A stretch of 64,000 bases of DNA from Dehalococcoidia bacterium UBA1162 (GCA_002311135.1 DBZK01000037.1:73852-137851); one strand, 5' to 3'; shown: positions 39,169 through 50,155, numbered from the stretch's first letter. Notes: generated by a model from the sequence alone, not told the origin. Numbers and translations are program-made.

Positions 39169-39420
39169 TTCATTCCCCGCATACAAAAGTGTATGGACCT
39201 TGCTTAAAAAACAAATACGCGGTCCCAATGTCCGAGCCTGTTAAAAATAGCTATGGCTCGCACTTTGTTTTTACTGCATTCCAGATTCATTTAGCTTAAT
39301 CTAGCATGCGATTCCGCATTTTGCAAATATGTCATTGTTTATGGTAGATTTCGACTAACTCTAATATAAATGAATTCCTGCCAAAATCCATGCCGCTCTA
39401 GTACCAGGGACTAAAGTCCT

Positions 39421-42400
39421 ATGCATAGTGAACGTAGCTACCGTATATTTGTAATCCTACTGCTGCTGGTACTAAGCATTTTAGATATATGTTCCTTCTG
39501 TCCTGCCGCTAATGCAGCCGGCTCAACCACCAGGACGCTGACCTGGTCCGTTGTGACAACGCCGGCCGAAGGTCCAGATAATGTAATCCGAAGGGGCAGC
39601 GAGATCAACTCCATGGCCTTGGGCCAGGGGGTAATTTATTGCGCCGACACGGAAAATCAAACGCTTTTCCGCTCCATCAACGGGGGTTACAGCTTCACCG
39701 ATATAAGCCCCAGCCTTGCCGCTGCCGGGGCCATTTTGCCGGTCTGGTCGGTTGCCTTAGCCCCGGACGATGCGCGCTTCGTTGTAGCAGTCACTAATAC
39801 GCCTCCTGTGCCCGCACCACCTCATCAGGGGCCCCAGCAGGTCTATGTATCCATCGATGGCGGAAACAACTGGCAAAGTGCTGGCCTATCCTGGAGTACG
39901 GTAAATCCTGGACCGGGCACAAACAGCATCGGCAAAGACGAATGGATAAGCTGCGTAAGTCTGTCCAATCAATACGGTAACGGATTTCGCGATATAGCTA
40001 TCGGCACACGTACCGAAACCAACTCCGGGCAGGTATTAAACCTCAAATACGGCACTCTTGGCGGATGGCTTACGCAGGGTACTTTACCGGGTGCTGTAAC
40101 GTCCCTTAAATTCTCTCCTAACTACCTTACCGACTCGACGCTGGCCGTCATCTCCTGTGATAAGGTATCCATCCCCAATGCTGCTGGACTCTACTTAGGC
40201 CAGAGGGTCACCGACATTAATACGACGACATGGAGCACAGGAACCATCTTCGCCACCGTCCCCGTGGGAAAGGTGATCGGCACCGATCTTGCGTTGCCAT
40301 CCGATTTTAACGGGCAGAACCCGGCATCGCAGGGCTGCTTTACCAGCATCCAAGCTGACTCGACTTTCACCGATCTCATGGGCAGGCCTACTCAAACGGG
40401 AGTCTTTTATATAAATCCCCTTTTTCTCGGTTCACCCTTCACAATTACACCCCTACCTGCTCTCTCTCCAGGACGCCGAATATATTCGATTGCCTACAAT
40501 GGCAGCCAGGTCACCGGCATCCTACTGGCAGGTGAGGCAACGGCCAACCCTGCCACTGCGATGGTTCCGGTCTATCAAAGCTCCAATGCGCAATCCTCCA
40601 GCCCGGGTGTTGCCACCTGGACCAGCTCGCAGGACTATAACAGCTTCAAATCACCCACCGGGGGCGGGAATACTAACAGTCCGAGTACTCCTAAAATTTA
40701 CTATGCCAACGCTATACTGGTCTGGGGTTATAACGGTGTAGCCTACTGTGGCACCAGCTCCGAAGATGATTATACCGGAGGAACAGGATGGAATCCCGGA
40801 CAATGGCCTAAATCTAAATTGAATTCTGTCCCTCTGGATGAGTCCGCTTTTTCATACAGCTACAACAATGGGCTTGGCTGGAACCAGATCGGCTTGATAG
40901 ACACTGAGATCAGTCAGCTATCGGATTCGGCAGCTCTTGAACCGCCTCCGGCGGCTACCCAGTCCAGCGTGCTGTACCTTTCTTCCATAAACGGAGCGCC
41001 AAATAGCTTCGACAGCGTATGGCGTTCCACCAGCGATACGCTCGGGGATCAATGGGAACGCATCCTGATCCACACGACAAGCAACGTCGGAACGATCTTG
41101 CGTGTGAACATGAAGGAACCGACGTCTACGGCACTGATCTTCGGCTACTTGACTACACCCACAATAATGTATACGGCAGATGAAGGGCAAAAATGGGAAT
41201 TGATATTGGCCGGAATATCGTCCCTACGTGATATAACCTTCAGGGACGAGTCGACTATCTACGTCCTTGAGGATTACAGGATAAGGCAGCTAACTATGGG
41301 AGACACCAACTGGGTGCCGGGGGAATTCGTCAATACGGATTTGCTGATACCCGCACATACCATATGTACCCCGCTGGTCAACCCTACCAGCGCAGATCTA
41401 GTCTTCGTAGGCTCAGGCATCAGCACAGCGGGAAACTCCGAGGCTTACGTAGCCTGGACCGATTTTTCTCAACCTTCGCCTAAATTCAACATACTTAGAA
41501 TGCTGCCGCAGAGCGGCAACGTGCATGTAATTGCGGATAGTAAATACGACCAGAACAATATCATTTATGCAGCCGTAAATGTTGATATACCTCCGAGCAG
41601 TGATGGAGTTATTTACAGGTGGACCATCGGGAAGAGCACGGACTGGGATGAGCTGGAGCCGGTCAACCGCGCTTTTTTTGGGATCGCCATGGCCGGCGAT
41701 GTCCTCTATGGCGCCTGGAACTTTGATACTACCACACTGCTGAACAGCGGGGGCGTGGACCGCACACTCGATCCCAGGATCGATGTCCCCCCGGCGCCGG
41801 AGTGGGATGAGCTGAAAGACGGCCTTCCGGTATCTACCGATACTACTAATTTCCCCGTACTTTTCACTCATGAACCCACATCGCTTAAAATCTCATCCAG
41901 TACCAATAATACCTTGTGGGCCATCGATAATCTCGATAAAACTGCAAAAGTTTACGACTTCGATAATAAGATCGGCTGCCTCTGGCAGTATATAGATTCT
42001 GTGGCCAGAGTAAGCCCCTGGCCGATTGCGCCGGCATCCGGCAGCTTCATAGGGGCAGATCCCGTTACCGGAAGATCTCAGCAGATAGATATAAAATGGC
42101 GTCCTCTTCAGGACATCTTCGGCTATGACATCCTGATGGCCAAGGATGTTAATTTTACATTATTGCTAACACAGAATATCAACATGTTCCCGGTTGATAA
42201 TAAGACAGGCGCCTGGGTAGTGACGCTCGACCAATCACAGCAGCTCTCTCCGGGCGTCTGGATACCCCCGGGCGTATTGGAAGCGGGCAAGTCCTACTAT
42301 TGGGAAGTAAGGGGCAGCAGGACCATAACCGGCGCTGCCATTCACAGTCTGTGGTCGCCTGTAATGTTCTTCTCGGTCAAACCTGGTTTCGCTGTCAGGG

Positions 42401-42816
42401 GCATCGGAAACGGCCCCCAGCTTTTAACACCCATCGACGGTATGTGCCAGGACTGCCAGCCGACAATCGGCTTTAGCTGGACGCCGGTTAAAAATGCTAA
42501 AAAATATGAGTTCACCCTGGCTAATGATCAGGACCTTAAAAACATATTGGTTCAAACTGTTACGACCACGACTGCATACAAATATGAAGGCAAGCTTGAG
42601 CCGGGCAGAATTTATTTCTGGCGGGTGAAAGCTGTGGCCCCCTTCGAAAGCGACCCCAGCCCAACAGGAACTTTCGTCATAGCCGGCAGCCGGCCCCTGA
42701 TATCATGGCCGTCCCTTCCCCCATCCTACCTCTGGATAGTGGTAATTATTGCCGCGGCAGTCCTGGTGGTTTTGATTGTCGCCTTATTCATCTACAATTA
42801 TATGCGCAGGTATTAA
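39421..42816 (+). CDS. Large surface protein, S-layer-like (BNR/Asp-box-like and Fn3-like domains, C-terminal TM anchor)
   Basis: Signal peptide; S.DGG..W-type boxes; LEAGKSYYWEVR and LEPGRIYFWRVKA; C-terminal TM helix plus RRY. Confidence 0.72.
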   Translation: MHSERSYRIFVILLLLVLSILDICSFCPAANAAGSTTRTLTWSVVTTPAEGPDNVIRRGSEINSMALGQGVIYCADTENQTLFRSINGGYSFTDISPSLAAAGAILPVWSVALAPDDARFVVAVTNTPPVPAPPHQGPQQVYVSIDGGNNWQSAGLSWSTVNPGPGTNSIGKDEWISCVSLSNQYGNGFRDIAIGTRTETNSGQVLNLKYGTLGGWLTQGTLPGAVTSLKFSPNYLTDSTLAVISCDKVSIPNAAGLYLGQRVTDINTTTWSTGTIFATVPVGKVIGTDLALPSDFNGQNPASQGCFTSIQADSTFTDLMGRPTQTGVFYINPLFLGSPFTITPLPALSPGRRIYSIAYNGSQVTGILLAGEATANPATAMVPVYQSSNAQSSSPGVATWTSSQDYNSFKSPTGGGNTNSPSTPKIYYANAILVWGYNGVAYCGTSSEDDYTGGTGWNPGQWPKSKLNSVPLDESAFSYSYNNGLGWNQIGLIDTEISQLSDSAALEPPPAATQSSVLYLSSINGAPNSFDSVWRSTSDTLGDQWERILIHTTSNVGTILRVNMKEPTSTALIFGYLTTPTIMYTADEGQKWELILAGISSLRDITFRDESTIYVLEDYRIRQLTMGDTNWVPGEFVNTDLLIPAHTICTPLVNPTSADLVFVGSGISTAGNSEAYVAWTDFSQPSPKFNILRMLPQSGNVHVIADSKYDQNNIIYAAVNVDIPPSSDGVIYRWTIGKSTDWDELEPVNRAFFGIAMAGDVLYGAWNFDTTTLLNSGGVDRTLDPRIDVPPAPEWDELKDGLPVSTDTTNFPVLFTHEPTSLKISSSTNNTLWAIDNLDKTAKVYDFDNKIGCLWQYIDSVARVSPWPIAPASGSFIGADPVTGRSQQIDIKWRPLQDIFGYDILMAKDVNFTLLLTQNINMFPVDNKTGAWVVTLDQSQQLSPGVWIPPGVLEAGKSYYWEVRGSRTITGAAIHSLWSPVMFFSVKPGFAVRGIGNGPQLLTPIDGMCQDCQPTIGFSWTPVKNAKKYEFTLANDQDLKNILVQTVTTTTAYKYEGKLEPGRIYFWRVKAVAPFESDPSPTGTFVIAGSRPLISWPSLPPSYLWIVVIIAAAVLVVLIVALFIYNYMRRY

Positions 42817-42854
42817 ACCGTATTTATACCGGGTAGCCGGAAGGTTACATATTT

Positions 42855-43511
42855 ATGGCTAAAGAGAATTCAGCTTTTGAATTTGCCTCACAGGTGAAAG
42901 GCTACCTGGCCGAGGATGAGGGCCAGTGCCTCTTTAAGCTGGCCCGGGAGGTTGCCGCTTCAAGTCCCTGCCTGGAGATTGGCAGTTTCTGCGGCAAGTC
43001 CACGGTCTATTTAGGGGCCGCCTGTAAAATCAAGGGCGTAACGCTTTTCACTATAGACCACCACCGCGGCTCGGAGGAGCAGCAGCCGGGACAGCTATAT
43101 TTTGATCCTGCGATCTACGATGAGAAGAAAGAGGAGATAGACAGTTTCCCCATCTTGAGGGCTACCATAAAAGAAGCGGGACTGGAAGATACGGTGGTGC
43201 CTATGGTTACCTGGTCGAGGGTGGCTGCCCGGAACTGGTCTACACCCCTTAGCCTCATCTTCATCGACGGCGGCCACAGCTATGAGACGGCCTTATCCGA
43301 CTACAACTGCTGGAACCCCCATCTGGTCCCCGGCGGTTACCTGATTTTTCACGATATTTACCTCGACCCATCAAAAGGCGGGCAGGCACCCTACGAAGTG
43401 TATAAAAAGGCCGTCAAGAGCGGCAGCTATGCGGAGCTCCCCATGGTAAATTCACTGGGGATACTAAAGAAGAGCGACCCCGTGGTGATCGAAAAGAAGG
43501 TTAGTTGCTGA
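42855..43511 (+). CDS. Class I SAM methyltransferase (Methyltransf_24 type); candidate MeT1-like 1-O-methyltransferase
   Basis: LEIGSFCGKST, IDHHRGSEEQQPG, FIDGGH, FHD. Confidence 0.8.
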   Translation: MAKENSAFEFASQVKGYLAEDEGQCLFKLAREVAASSPCLEIGSFCGKSTVYLGAACKIKGVTLFTIDHHRGSEEQQPGQLYFDPAIYDEKKEEIDSFPILRATIKEAGLEDTVVPMVTWSRVAARNWSTPLSLIFIDGGHSYETALSDYNCWNPHLVPGGYLIFHDIYLDPSKGGQAPYEVYKKAVKSGSYAELPMVNSLGILKKSDPVVIEKKVSC

Positions 43512-44525
43512 TTCCCGGTTGAGCATATCCGCCGCCAGAACGACTGCGGCTGCCGTCCAGGTCGGCTTCTCCAGCGGCCATATCTCATTTTCCGGATAAG
43601 CCATGCCGTACCAGTAAGCGCCGTCTTCATCGCGCAGGTGGTGGATCCAGTTGTAGACCGTTGCAGCCTGCCGGTATTCTCCATGAACTGCCAGTGAAAT
43701 GGCCAATTCGCTGGTTTCGGCGGCTGTGACCCACTGCTTTTCCAGGTTGCATACCGATCCCTTGCCATGCACTATAAACTTGTCCCAGCTATCGTAGATG
43801 CGGCTGATCGCTTCACGGCCGTTAATAACACTGCACAGGGCAGGGTAGTACCAGTCCATGGCAAAAGCCGAGAGGCTGTCGCCTTCGTACTTCGCAACAT
43901 AGGGCAGGGGCATCTTCAAGATTGCGGAACGCAAGACTTCATTGGCCTCCCGCCAGTCACGGCGGTCTTCGCCCATAAGCTCCGCCATCTTTAAAGCACA
44001 CCTGATGCTCAAATATGAGGAGCTGCAACTGGCAATCTGCGCTGATGGATACAAGGCGCCGCCCACATCCCTGGCCCAGTATATTTCCCCATTGGGACCG
44101 CGCATCCCAAGAATATAGTCTATGGCGCTGCGTATGCAGGGCCACATTCTGTCGACAAAACGTACATCGTTATTTATAAGATAGTGGTGCCAGATGCCTA
44201 CCGCAATATAAGAGATGGCATGAGATACCTTGTACATATCTTTGGGCCGGCCGTTCCTGTAATTGGCATACCAGCTCCCATCTGCAAGCTGAACATTGGC
44301 CAGCCACTCGTAGGCCTTTTCCGCTTCGTCGCGGAAATTGCCTGCATCGATAGCCATAGCACATTCCACATGGGTCCAGGGTTCAACAATGCCGCCTTCC
44401 AGTTCCGGGACGGCGCCTCCCTGCTCCTGTACGCTGACTATGCCCTCCAGTGTGGGGCTCAAGAACTGCCGCGATAATTGATTTTTCGCCTCGAATGCAT
44501 CAAGGGTGCTGCTGCTTATGCTCAT
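43464..44525 (-). CDS. Alpha/alpha-toroid protein (often annotated prenyltransferase); candidate MmpH-like glycoside hydrolase
   Basis: PWTHVECAMA, QLADGSW, YIAVGIWHH, AMDWYYP, WVTAAETSE, DGAYWYG, WPLEKPTWTAAAVVLA. Confidence 0.65.
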   Translation of the reverse strand: MSISSSTLDAFEAKNQLSRQFLSPTLEGIVSVQEQGGAVPELEGGIVEPWTHVECAMAIDAGNFRDEAEKAYEWLANVQLADGSWYANYRNGRPKDMYKVSHAISYIAVGIWHHYLINNDVRFVDRMWPCIRSAIDYILGMRGPNGEIYWARDVGGALYPSAQIASCSSSYLSIRCALKMAELMGEDRRDWREANEVLRSAILKMPLPYVAKYEGDSLSAFAMDWYYPALCSVINGREAISRIYDSWDKFIVHGKGSVCNLEKQWVTAAETSELAISLAVHGEYRQAATVYNWIHHLRDEDGAYWYGMAYPENEIWPLEKPTWTAAAVVLAADMLNRESATNLLFDHHGVALL

Positions 44526-45781
44526 AGCGATTTAACCCCGGCGTGAGCAGCCTGTAGCTCTACCGCCTCCCTGTAATAGTCCGCCGTCTGCCTGGCGGTA
44601 CTCTCCCAGTTAAATAATCTCCTTACCCTTTCAGCGCCCATTTTGCCTAACTGCCTGCGCTTATTCTCGTCATCCAATAGCGAAGTGATGGCGCCGACTA
44701 TCGCCCCAGTATCTCCCGGCGGTATGAGGATGCCGGCTTCTCCTACAACCTCTGGCAAGGCCCCGGCAGTGGTCGATATCACGGGTGTGCCGCAGGACAT
44801 GGCTTCGGCGGCCGGCAATCCAAAACCCTCATATATCGAAGGTACAACCAGCATGGTGGCGGTGGAATAATGCTCTACCAGTTCTGGAGTATCGATTTTG
44901 CCCGTATACGTGGCACAGTCTTCCAACCCCAACGACCTGATCAGCCCCTGGCTATAGCCGTTCTTCATGGGCTGACCGACTATGGTCAAACCTATGTTTC
45001 TACTTTTGCGCAGCTCGGCAACCGCCTCCATTAAATACTTCAGCCCTTTGAGCGGTGTGTCGCCGCTGTTGATCACCAGTATTTTATTATCCGATCTAAC
45101 CGAACCCGGCGCTTGCCTGAATATCTCATGGTCCACGCCGCAGTAGATTATCTTAAATTTGTCCGAAGTCAGCCCGAAGCTCTGCATTATCTCATTCAGC
45201 GAGTTCTGCGAATCCGTGATGAAGTGTGACAATTGCGCTGCCACCTTGATCTGAGTGTCGCAGACGGCATACCAGCGGCGTATGCCCAGGGTACGGATGA
45301 AGGAGCTCGAAGCCTTAAGCGCCAGCTCCCGGTCAATGGTTATGGGATGGTGAATGGTAGTAACCATCGGCATTCCCATCTGCCTGATCTTTAATATCCC
45401 CTCCGTAATGCACTGGTTGTCATGTACGATATCATATTTCCTGGAATGGCCGTTCTGGCGGAACATATCGTGAACTCGCATGCCGAAAGTCGTCGGCTCG
45501 GTAAAGAAGCCTCCACATTCCCCGATCCACTCTACGAAATTGGGCCAGGTATTCAACAGCAGGGGATTGATAAAATAACGTCTGATCTCAGGGTATCTGT
45601 AAAGGTCAAGGCTGGGAATTTTGATCAGCTTAATTCCGTCTGCAAGGTCGGGATATGGCGGCCCGGCAACCACATCCACCTCATGCCCCAGGTCCCGCAG
45701 AGACTGGCTGAGATATTTTACATATACTCCCTGTCCGCCGGAGTATTTATATGCCCGGTAACTGAGTAAACATACACGCAT
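44522..45781 (-). CDS. GT4 glycosyltransferase (ManT-like), copy 2
   Basis: LLSYR...GGQGVY, GPPYP, DIVHDNQ, TIHHPIT.DR, PSIYEGFGLPAAEAMSCG. Confidence 0.88.
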   Translation of the reverse strand: MRVCLLSYRAYKYSGGQGVYVKYLSQSLRDLGHEVDVVAGPPYPDLADGIKLIKIPSLDLYRYPEIRRYFINPLLLNTWPNFVEWIGECGGFFTEPTTFGMRVHDMFRQNGHSRKYDIVHDNQCITEGILKIRQMGMPMVTTIHHPITIDRELALKASSSFIRTLGIRRWYAVCDTQIKVAAQLSHFITDSQNSLNEIMQSFGLTSDKFKIIYCGVDHEIFRQAPGSVRSDNKILVINSGDTPLKGLKYLMEAVAELRKSRNIGLTIVGQPMKNGYSQGLIRSLGLEDCATYTGKIDTPELVEHYSTATMLVVPSIYEGFGLPAAEAMSCGTPVISTTAGALPEVVGEAGILIPPGDTGAIVGAITSLLDDENKRRQLGKMGAERVRRLFNWESTARQTADYYREAVELQAAHAGVKSL

Positions 45782-45897
45782 CGGGTATCCGCCAACCTCG
45801 TTTTATCTATTATCATGCTCGAAAGCACCCGCACATTTTACATGTAATTAACTGGTTAATCAATGCTGGGGTAAATTGGATGGCATCTTACGGGCCG

Positions 45898-47130
45898 TTA
45901 TTGCCGGCTTTTGATAGCTTCGAGGTATATATCTGCTGTACGTTGGGCGGCGTTTTTCCAGTTGAAATTTTGAAGGATGCGCTGACGTCCCAGCAGGCTG
46001 TATTCCCGCCTTTTGATTGGGTCTGCGAGCAGGATTCCTATGGCGGCAGCCAGCGCCGCCGAATCGGCGGGGGGTACGAGTATCCCTGCATCCCCCACCA
46101 CCTCCGGCAAGGCCCCGGCCGTGGTTGATACCAGTGGTGTGCCGCAGGACATCGCTTCGGCTGCCGGTATACCGAATCCCTCATAAGTGGAGGGCACGGC
46201 GACCAGGGTTGCCGACCTGTAAAGGTTGACCAACTCATCTGTGTCAATCCGATCACGGAAAGTAACATGGGCCGTTATACCCAACCTCTCCATAAGATTC
46301 TCCGTCAGGCCGTCTCCCATGGTCCTGCCCACTACGACAAGGTTTAAATCGTATTTTTTTCTCAGCTCGGACAGAGCTTCAAGCAGGAACCGCAAGCCTT
46401 TGACCGCTGTGTCACGGCTCATCACCATCAATATCATGTTGTCCACTCTTTTTACACTGTCCGACGGGCTGAACAGCTCAGTGTCGATGCCGTTGTAGAT
46501 GACCCTTAGATTGCCCTCCGGCACCTTGAAGACTTCGTGAATATGCTGTTTGGCCATCTCCGAGACGGTGATGATATAAGGCAGTTGCTGAGCTACCTTC
46601 ATCTGCATTCCGGTAAACGAGAACCAGCGCCGGTAGCCCAGCTTTTCTTTAAGTGATTTCGCCGAGCTTATGGCCAGGTCGCGGTCTTTGGTGACCGGGT
46701 GATGAATGGTTTCCACCACGGGATAGCCCGCTTTTTGTATATCGACTATTCCGTAGGACAGCGTCTGGTTATCGTGTATCACGTCGTAGAGCTTTTTACC
46801 TTCGCCGCAAAGATACTGATAGGCGCGCATGCCGAAAGTCAGGGGCTCGGAGAAATAGCCGGTCACAGTGCCGCCCCACTCCACAAAGTTGGCATAAGTA
46901 TTCAGCTTGCGCGGGTCGATGAATAGCCTTTGCATGGAAGTCATCGCATACAGGTCGAGGCTGGGCAGCTTTATCAGTCCTACGCCTTCATCCACGATAG
47001 GATAAGGAGGCCCCGACATGAGGTCCACTTGATGCCCCAGGTCCCGCAGGGCATTGCTCAAATAGCGCATGTAAATGCCCTGGCCGCCTGAGTAGGGGTA
47101 GCTGCGATAGCTTAAAATGCAAATCCGCAT
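45898..47130 (-). CDS. GT4 glycosyltransferase (ManT-like), copy 1
   Basis: ILSYRS..SGGQGIY, GPPYP, DVIHDNQ, TIHHPVT.DR, PSTYEGFGIPAAEAMSCG. Confidence 0.88.
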   Translation of the reverse strand: MRICILSYRSYPYSGGQGIYMRYLSNALRDLGHQVDLMSGPPYPIVDEGVGLIKLPSLDLYAMTSMQRLFIDPRKLNTYANFVEWGGTVTGYFSEPLTFGMRAYQYLCGEGKKLYDVIHDNQTLSYGIVDIQKAGYPVVETIHHPVTKDRDLAISSAKSLKEKLGYRRWFSFTGMQMKVAQQLPYIITVSEMAKQHIHEVFKVPEGNLRVIYNGIDTELFSPSDSVKRVDNMILMVMSRDTAVKGLRFLLEALSELRKKYDLNLVVVGRTMGDGLTENLMERLGITAHVTFRDRIDTDELVNLYRSATLVAVPSTYEGFGIPAAEAMSCGTPLVSTTAGALPEVVGDAGILVPPADSAALAAAIGILLADPIKRREYSLLGRQRILQNFNWKNAAQRTADIYLEAIKSRQ

Positions 47131-47230
47131 GCGTATAGACCGTTATATCCTGTTTGACGCCGAATATAATACCAGACTTATCAGGCCCAACGTTAATACT
47201 CTGACGTATGTGAAGGCAAACCGAAACCAT

Positions 47231-47977
47231 TTATTTAGCTTTGCCCTGGTTGGCCACCGCGCTGGTGGCCTTCTTCAATTCCTCGGGGCTGGCCAGGTAA
47301 TAGCTTCTCAATTTTTTCAGATTGGCGTCAAGTTCGTACACCAGCGGGATACCGGTGGGAATATTGAGACCGACGATATCCTTGTTGGATACGTTATCCA
47401 GATATTTCACCAGCGCCCGCAGGCTATTGCCGTGGGCGGAAATTATGACCCGCTTGCCGGATTTTATGGCGGGCGCTATTGACGTATGCCAGTAAGGAAG
47501 GCAACGCCTGTAGGTATCCTTCAAACTCTCCACAAGGGGTAGCTGATCCGCTTTCAAGTCCGCATACCTGGGGTCACGGCCGGGGTAACGCTCATCCTTT
47601 TTATTCAGGGCCGGAGGCGGGATATCGTAGCTTCGCCTCCAGATCAATACCTGGTCCTCGCCGTACTTTGCAGCAGTCTCCGATTTATTCAAGCCCTGCA
47701 GCGCTCCGTAGTGCCTCTCGTTGAGCCGCCACGAATTTTTCACTGGTATCCACATCAGGTCCAGCTCATCCAGAGCAATCCAGAGCGTCCTGACAGCCCG
47801 CTTCAGCACCGACGTGAATGCAAGGTCGAATGTATATCCCTTTTCCCTTAATACCCTGCCGGCCTTTTGAGCCTCCTTCATACCCTTGTCCGAAAGGTCC
47901 ACATCGGTCCAGCCGGTGAACCTGTTCTCGCTGTTCCACAGGCTCTCACCATGCCGCAGCAAAACCAGCTTGATCAT
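47231..47977 (-). CDS. gpmA: 2,3-bisphosphoglycerate-dependent phosphoglycerate mutase
   Basis: [34 protein letters not shown]. Confidence 0.97.
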   Translation of the reverse strand: MIKLVLLRHGESLWNSENRFTGWTDVDLSDKGMKEAQKAGRVLREKGYTFDLAFTSVLKRAVRTLWIALDELDLMWIPVKNSWRLNERHYGALQGLNKSETAAKYGEDQVLIWRRSYDIPPPALNKKDERYPGRDPRYADLKADQLPLVESLKDTYRRCLPYWHTSIAPAIKSGKRVIISAHGNSLRALVKYLDNVSNKDIVGLNIPTGIPLVYELDANLKKLRSYYLASPEELKKATSAVANQGKAK

Positions 47978-48072
47978 ATGAATTTCTCCGTAAAACCTAT
48001 AAAATATTACATGTAGTACTTTGATTTTATTTCAATGACGATTTATTATAACCAAAGCTAGCCCGGCCTGCA

Positions 48073-50148
48073 TTGTTTGCGAAGGGACGTCAGCAAACGA
48101 AGGTGAAATGCAGGGCCGCATCTGAAAAAACTGGGTTGAAACCGATTTATAGGGGGATTGAATTGGTACAAACGGTAAATCTAAGCAAAGACCTCGGGTT
48201 TCTCCGCATCGGCGCGGCTGTTCCCGCACTCAAAGTTGCCGATGTCGACTTCAATATAAAGGCCATCCTGGATGTGGTTGAAAAAGCCGGGGCTGCGGGT
48301 GTGCAGGTGCTATCCCTGCCCGAGATGTGTATAACCGGGTATACCCTGGGTGACCTGGTCCAGCAGGAATCGCTCCTTGCAAAGGCGTCCGAGGGGTTGA
48401 ACTCGCTGGTCGAATCTACAGCCGGTTCGAATATGATGGTGATAGCCGGGCTGCCGATGTGTATCGACCAGAAGGTCTTCAATTGCGCTGCGGTGATCTG
48501 CGGCGGCCAGATATTGGGGATTATACCCAAGACCTATCTGCCCTCATACAAAGAATTTTATGAAAACAGGTGGTTCGTTTCCTCCGAGGATGCCCTCTCC
48601 GATACCGTGCATATTAACGGCAGGGCGGTCCCCTTCGGCACCAATATACTGTTTTCGCTTAGCGGGATACCTGCGGCTATCATTGGCGTGGAAATATGCG
48701 AAGATATGTGGGTCCCCCTTGCCCCACACGAATACCAGGCCCTGGCCGGCGCCACGCTACTGGTCAACATCTCCGCCAGTAACGAGATACTGGCCAAGGC
48801 GGACTGGCGCCGCACTATGGTCTCCTCTGAATCGGGCCGTTGCGTTGCCGCCACTTGCTATGTCTCTGCCGGCACGGGCGAATCGTCCAATGATGTGGTC
48901 TTCGGCGGCCACTGTCTGATAGCCGAAAACGGCAATATACTCAAAGAATCGCAGAGGCTTATACCGGACCCGGTCGCTATTACAGCGGATGTCGACCTCG
49001 ACAGGCTGGTGCATGACCGCATTACACTCAACAGCTTCCGGCAGTCTCCCGCCCACATAAAACCCTTCCGCGTTATCGAGACCTACGTGGACGATACCCC
49101 CGCAACCGGACTCCTGAGGGATATCGATCCGCAGCCTTTCGTGCCCCGGGACCCTGCCAGGCGCGCAGAGAGGTGCCACGATATCTTTTCCATGCAGGTA
49201 GCGGCGCTGGCGAAGAAGCTCGCGGGCGCCAAAAACGACCGCATTATACTGGGTGTATCGGGCGGCCTCGATTCTACACTGGCCCTGCTGGCCGCTACCA
49301 AAACCGCCGACTTCTTGAAGATGCCCCGCAAAAATATTTATGCCTTCACTTTGCCGGGCTTCGGCACCACCGAACGCACCCGCAATAATGCCACCAGCCT
49401 GTGCAAGGCTTTGGGAGTAAACATCAAGCGCGTGGATATTACCACCACCTGCAAAGCTCACCTTTCGGATTTGGAACACAGCGGCAACGAAGATGTAGTT
49501 TTCGAAAATAACCAGGCCCGCTACCGCACCGAATTCCTTTTCAACAAGGCTAACGAACTGCACGGCATCCTGCTGGGCACCGGTGATTTGACCGAAGTGG
49601 CGCTGGGCTGGAGCACTTTCTCCGGCGACCATATGTCGCATTACCATATAAACGTGTCGGTTCCCAAGACGCTGGTGCGCTACCTGATACGCTGGGTGGC
49701 GGATGAGGAACTATCAGGCACCCCCGCTCAGAATGTGCTTTACGATGTGCTGGATACCCCTATCTCGCCCGAGCTGAAAAAGCCCAGCAAGGGTGAGATC
49801 ACCCAGATGAGCGAAGATATTATTGGCCCGGTTGAACTGGCCGATTTCTTCCTCTATCCGCTGGTCAGGCTGGGAACCCGTCCCGGCAAGATACTTTTCC
49901 TGGCCAATGAAGCACGCAAGCAGAAGCTGTTCGAAGGCCACTATACGCTGGAGGATATACACCACTGGCTGATGAATTTCATCAAACGGTTTTTCCACAA
50001 CCAGTTCAAAAGGACCTGCCTGCCCGAAGGGCCAAAGGTGGGTTCGGTCAGCTTATCACCCAGGGGCGACTGGAGGATGCCGTCCGACGCCGAGCCGGCC
50101 TTGTGGCTGGAAGACCTGGAAAATATGTACTCGAAACTGCGCCGCTAG
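48073..50148 (+). CDS. nadE: Glutamine-dependent NAD+ synthetase (true start probably about 30 codons downstream)
   Basis: Nitrilase domain (PE, PK, EICED) plus SGGLDS, ENNQAR, NQFKR, SLSPRGDWRMPSD. Confidence 0.95.
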   Translation: MFAKGRQQTKVKCRAASEKTGLKPIYRGIELVQTVNLSKDLGFLRIGAAVPALKVADVDFNIKAILDVVEKAGAAGVQVLSLPEMCITGYTLGDLVQQESLLAKASEGLNSLVESTAGSNMMVIAGLPMCIDQKVFNCAAVICGGQILGIIPKTYLPSYKEFYENRWFVSSEDALSDTVHINGRAVPFGTNILFSLSGIPAAIIGVEICEDMWVPLAPHEYQALAGATLLVNISASNEILAKADWRRTMVSSESGRCVAATCYVSAGTGESSNDVVFGGHCLIAENGNILKESQRLIPDPVAITADVDLDRLVHDRITLNSFRQSPAHIKPFRVIETYVDDTPATGLLRDIDPQPFVPRDPARRAERCHDIFSMQVAALAKKLAGAKNDRIILGVSGGLDSTLALLAATKTADFLKMPRKNIYAFTLPGFGTTERTRNNATSLCKALGVNIKRVDITTTCKAHLSDLEHSGNEDVVFENNQARYRTEFLFNKANELHGILLGTGDLTEVALGWSTFSGDHMSHYHINVSVPKTLVRYLIRWVADEELSGTPAQNVLYDVLDTPISPELKKPSKGEITQMSEDIIGPVELADFFLYPLVRLGTRPGKILFLANEARKQKLFEGHYTLEDIHHWLMNFIKRFFHNQFKRTCLPEGPKVGSVSLSPRGDWRMPSDAEPALWLEDLENMYSKLRR

Positions 50149-50155
50149 GTGACCT

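Noticed and set aside
48757..49647. 296-aa minus-strand ORF
   Set aside because: Antisense shadow of nadE
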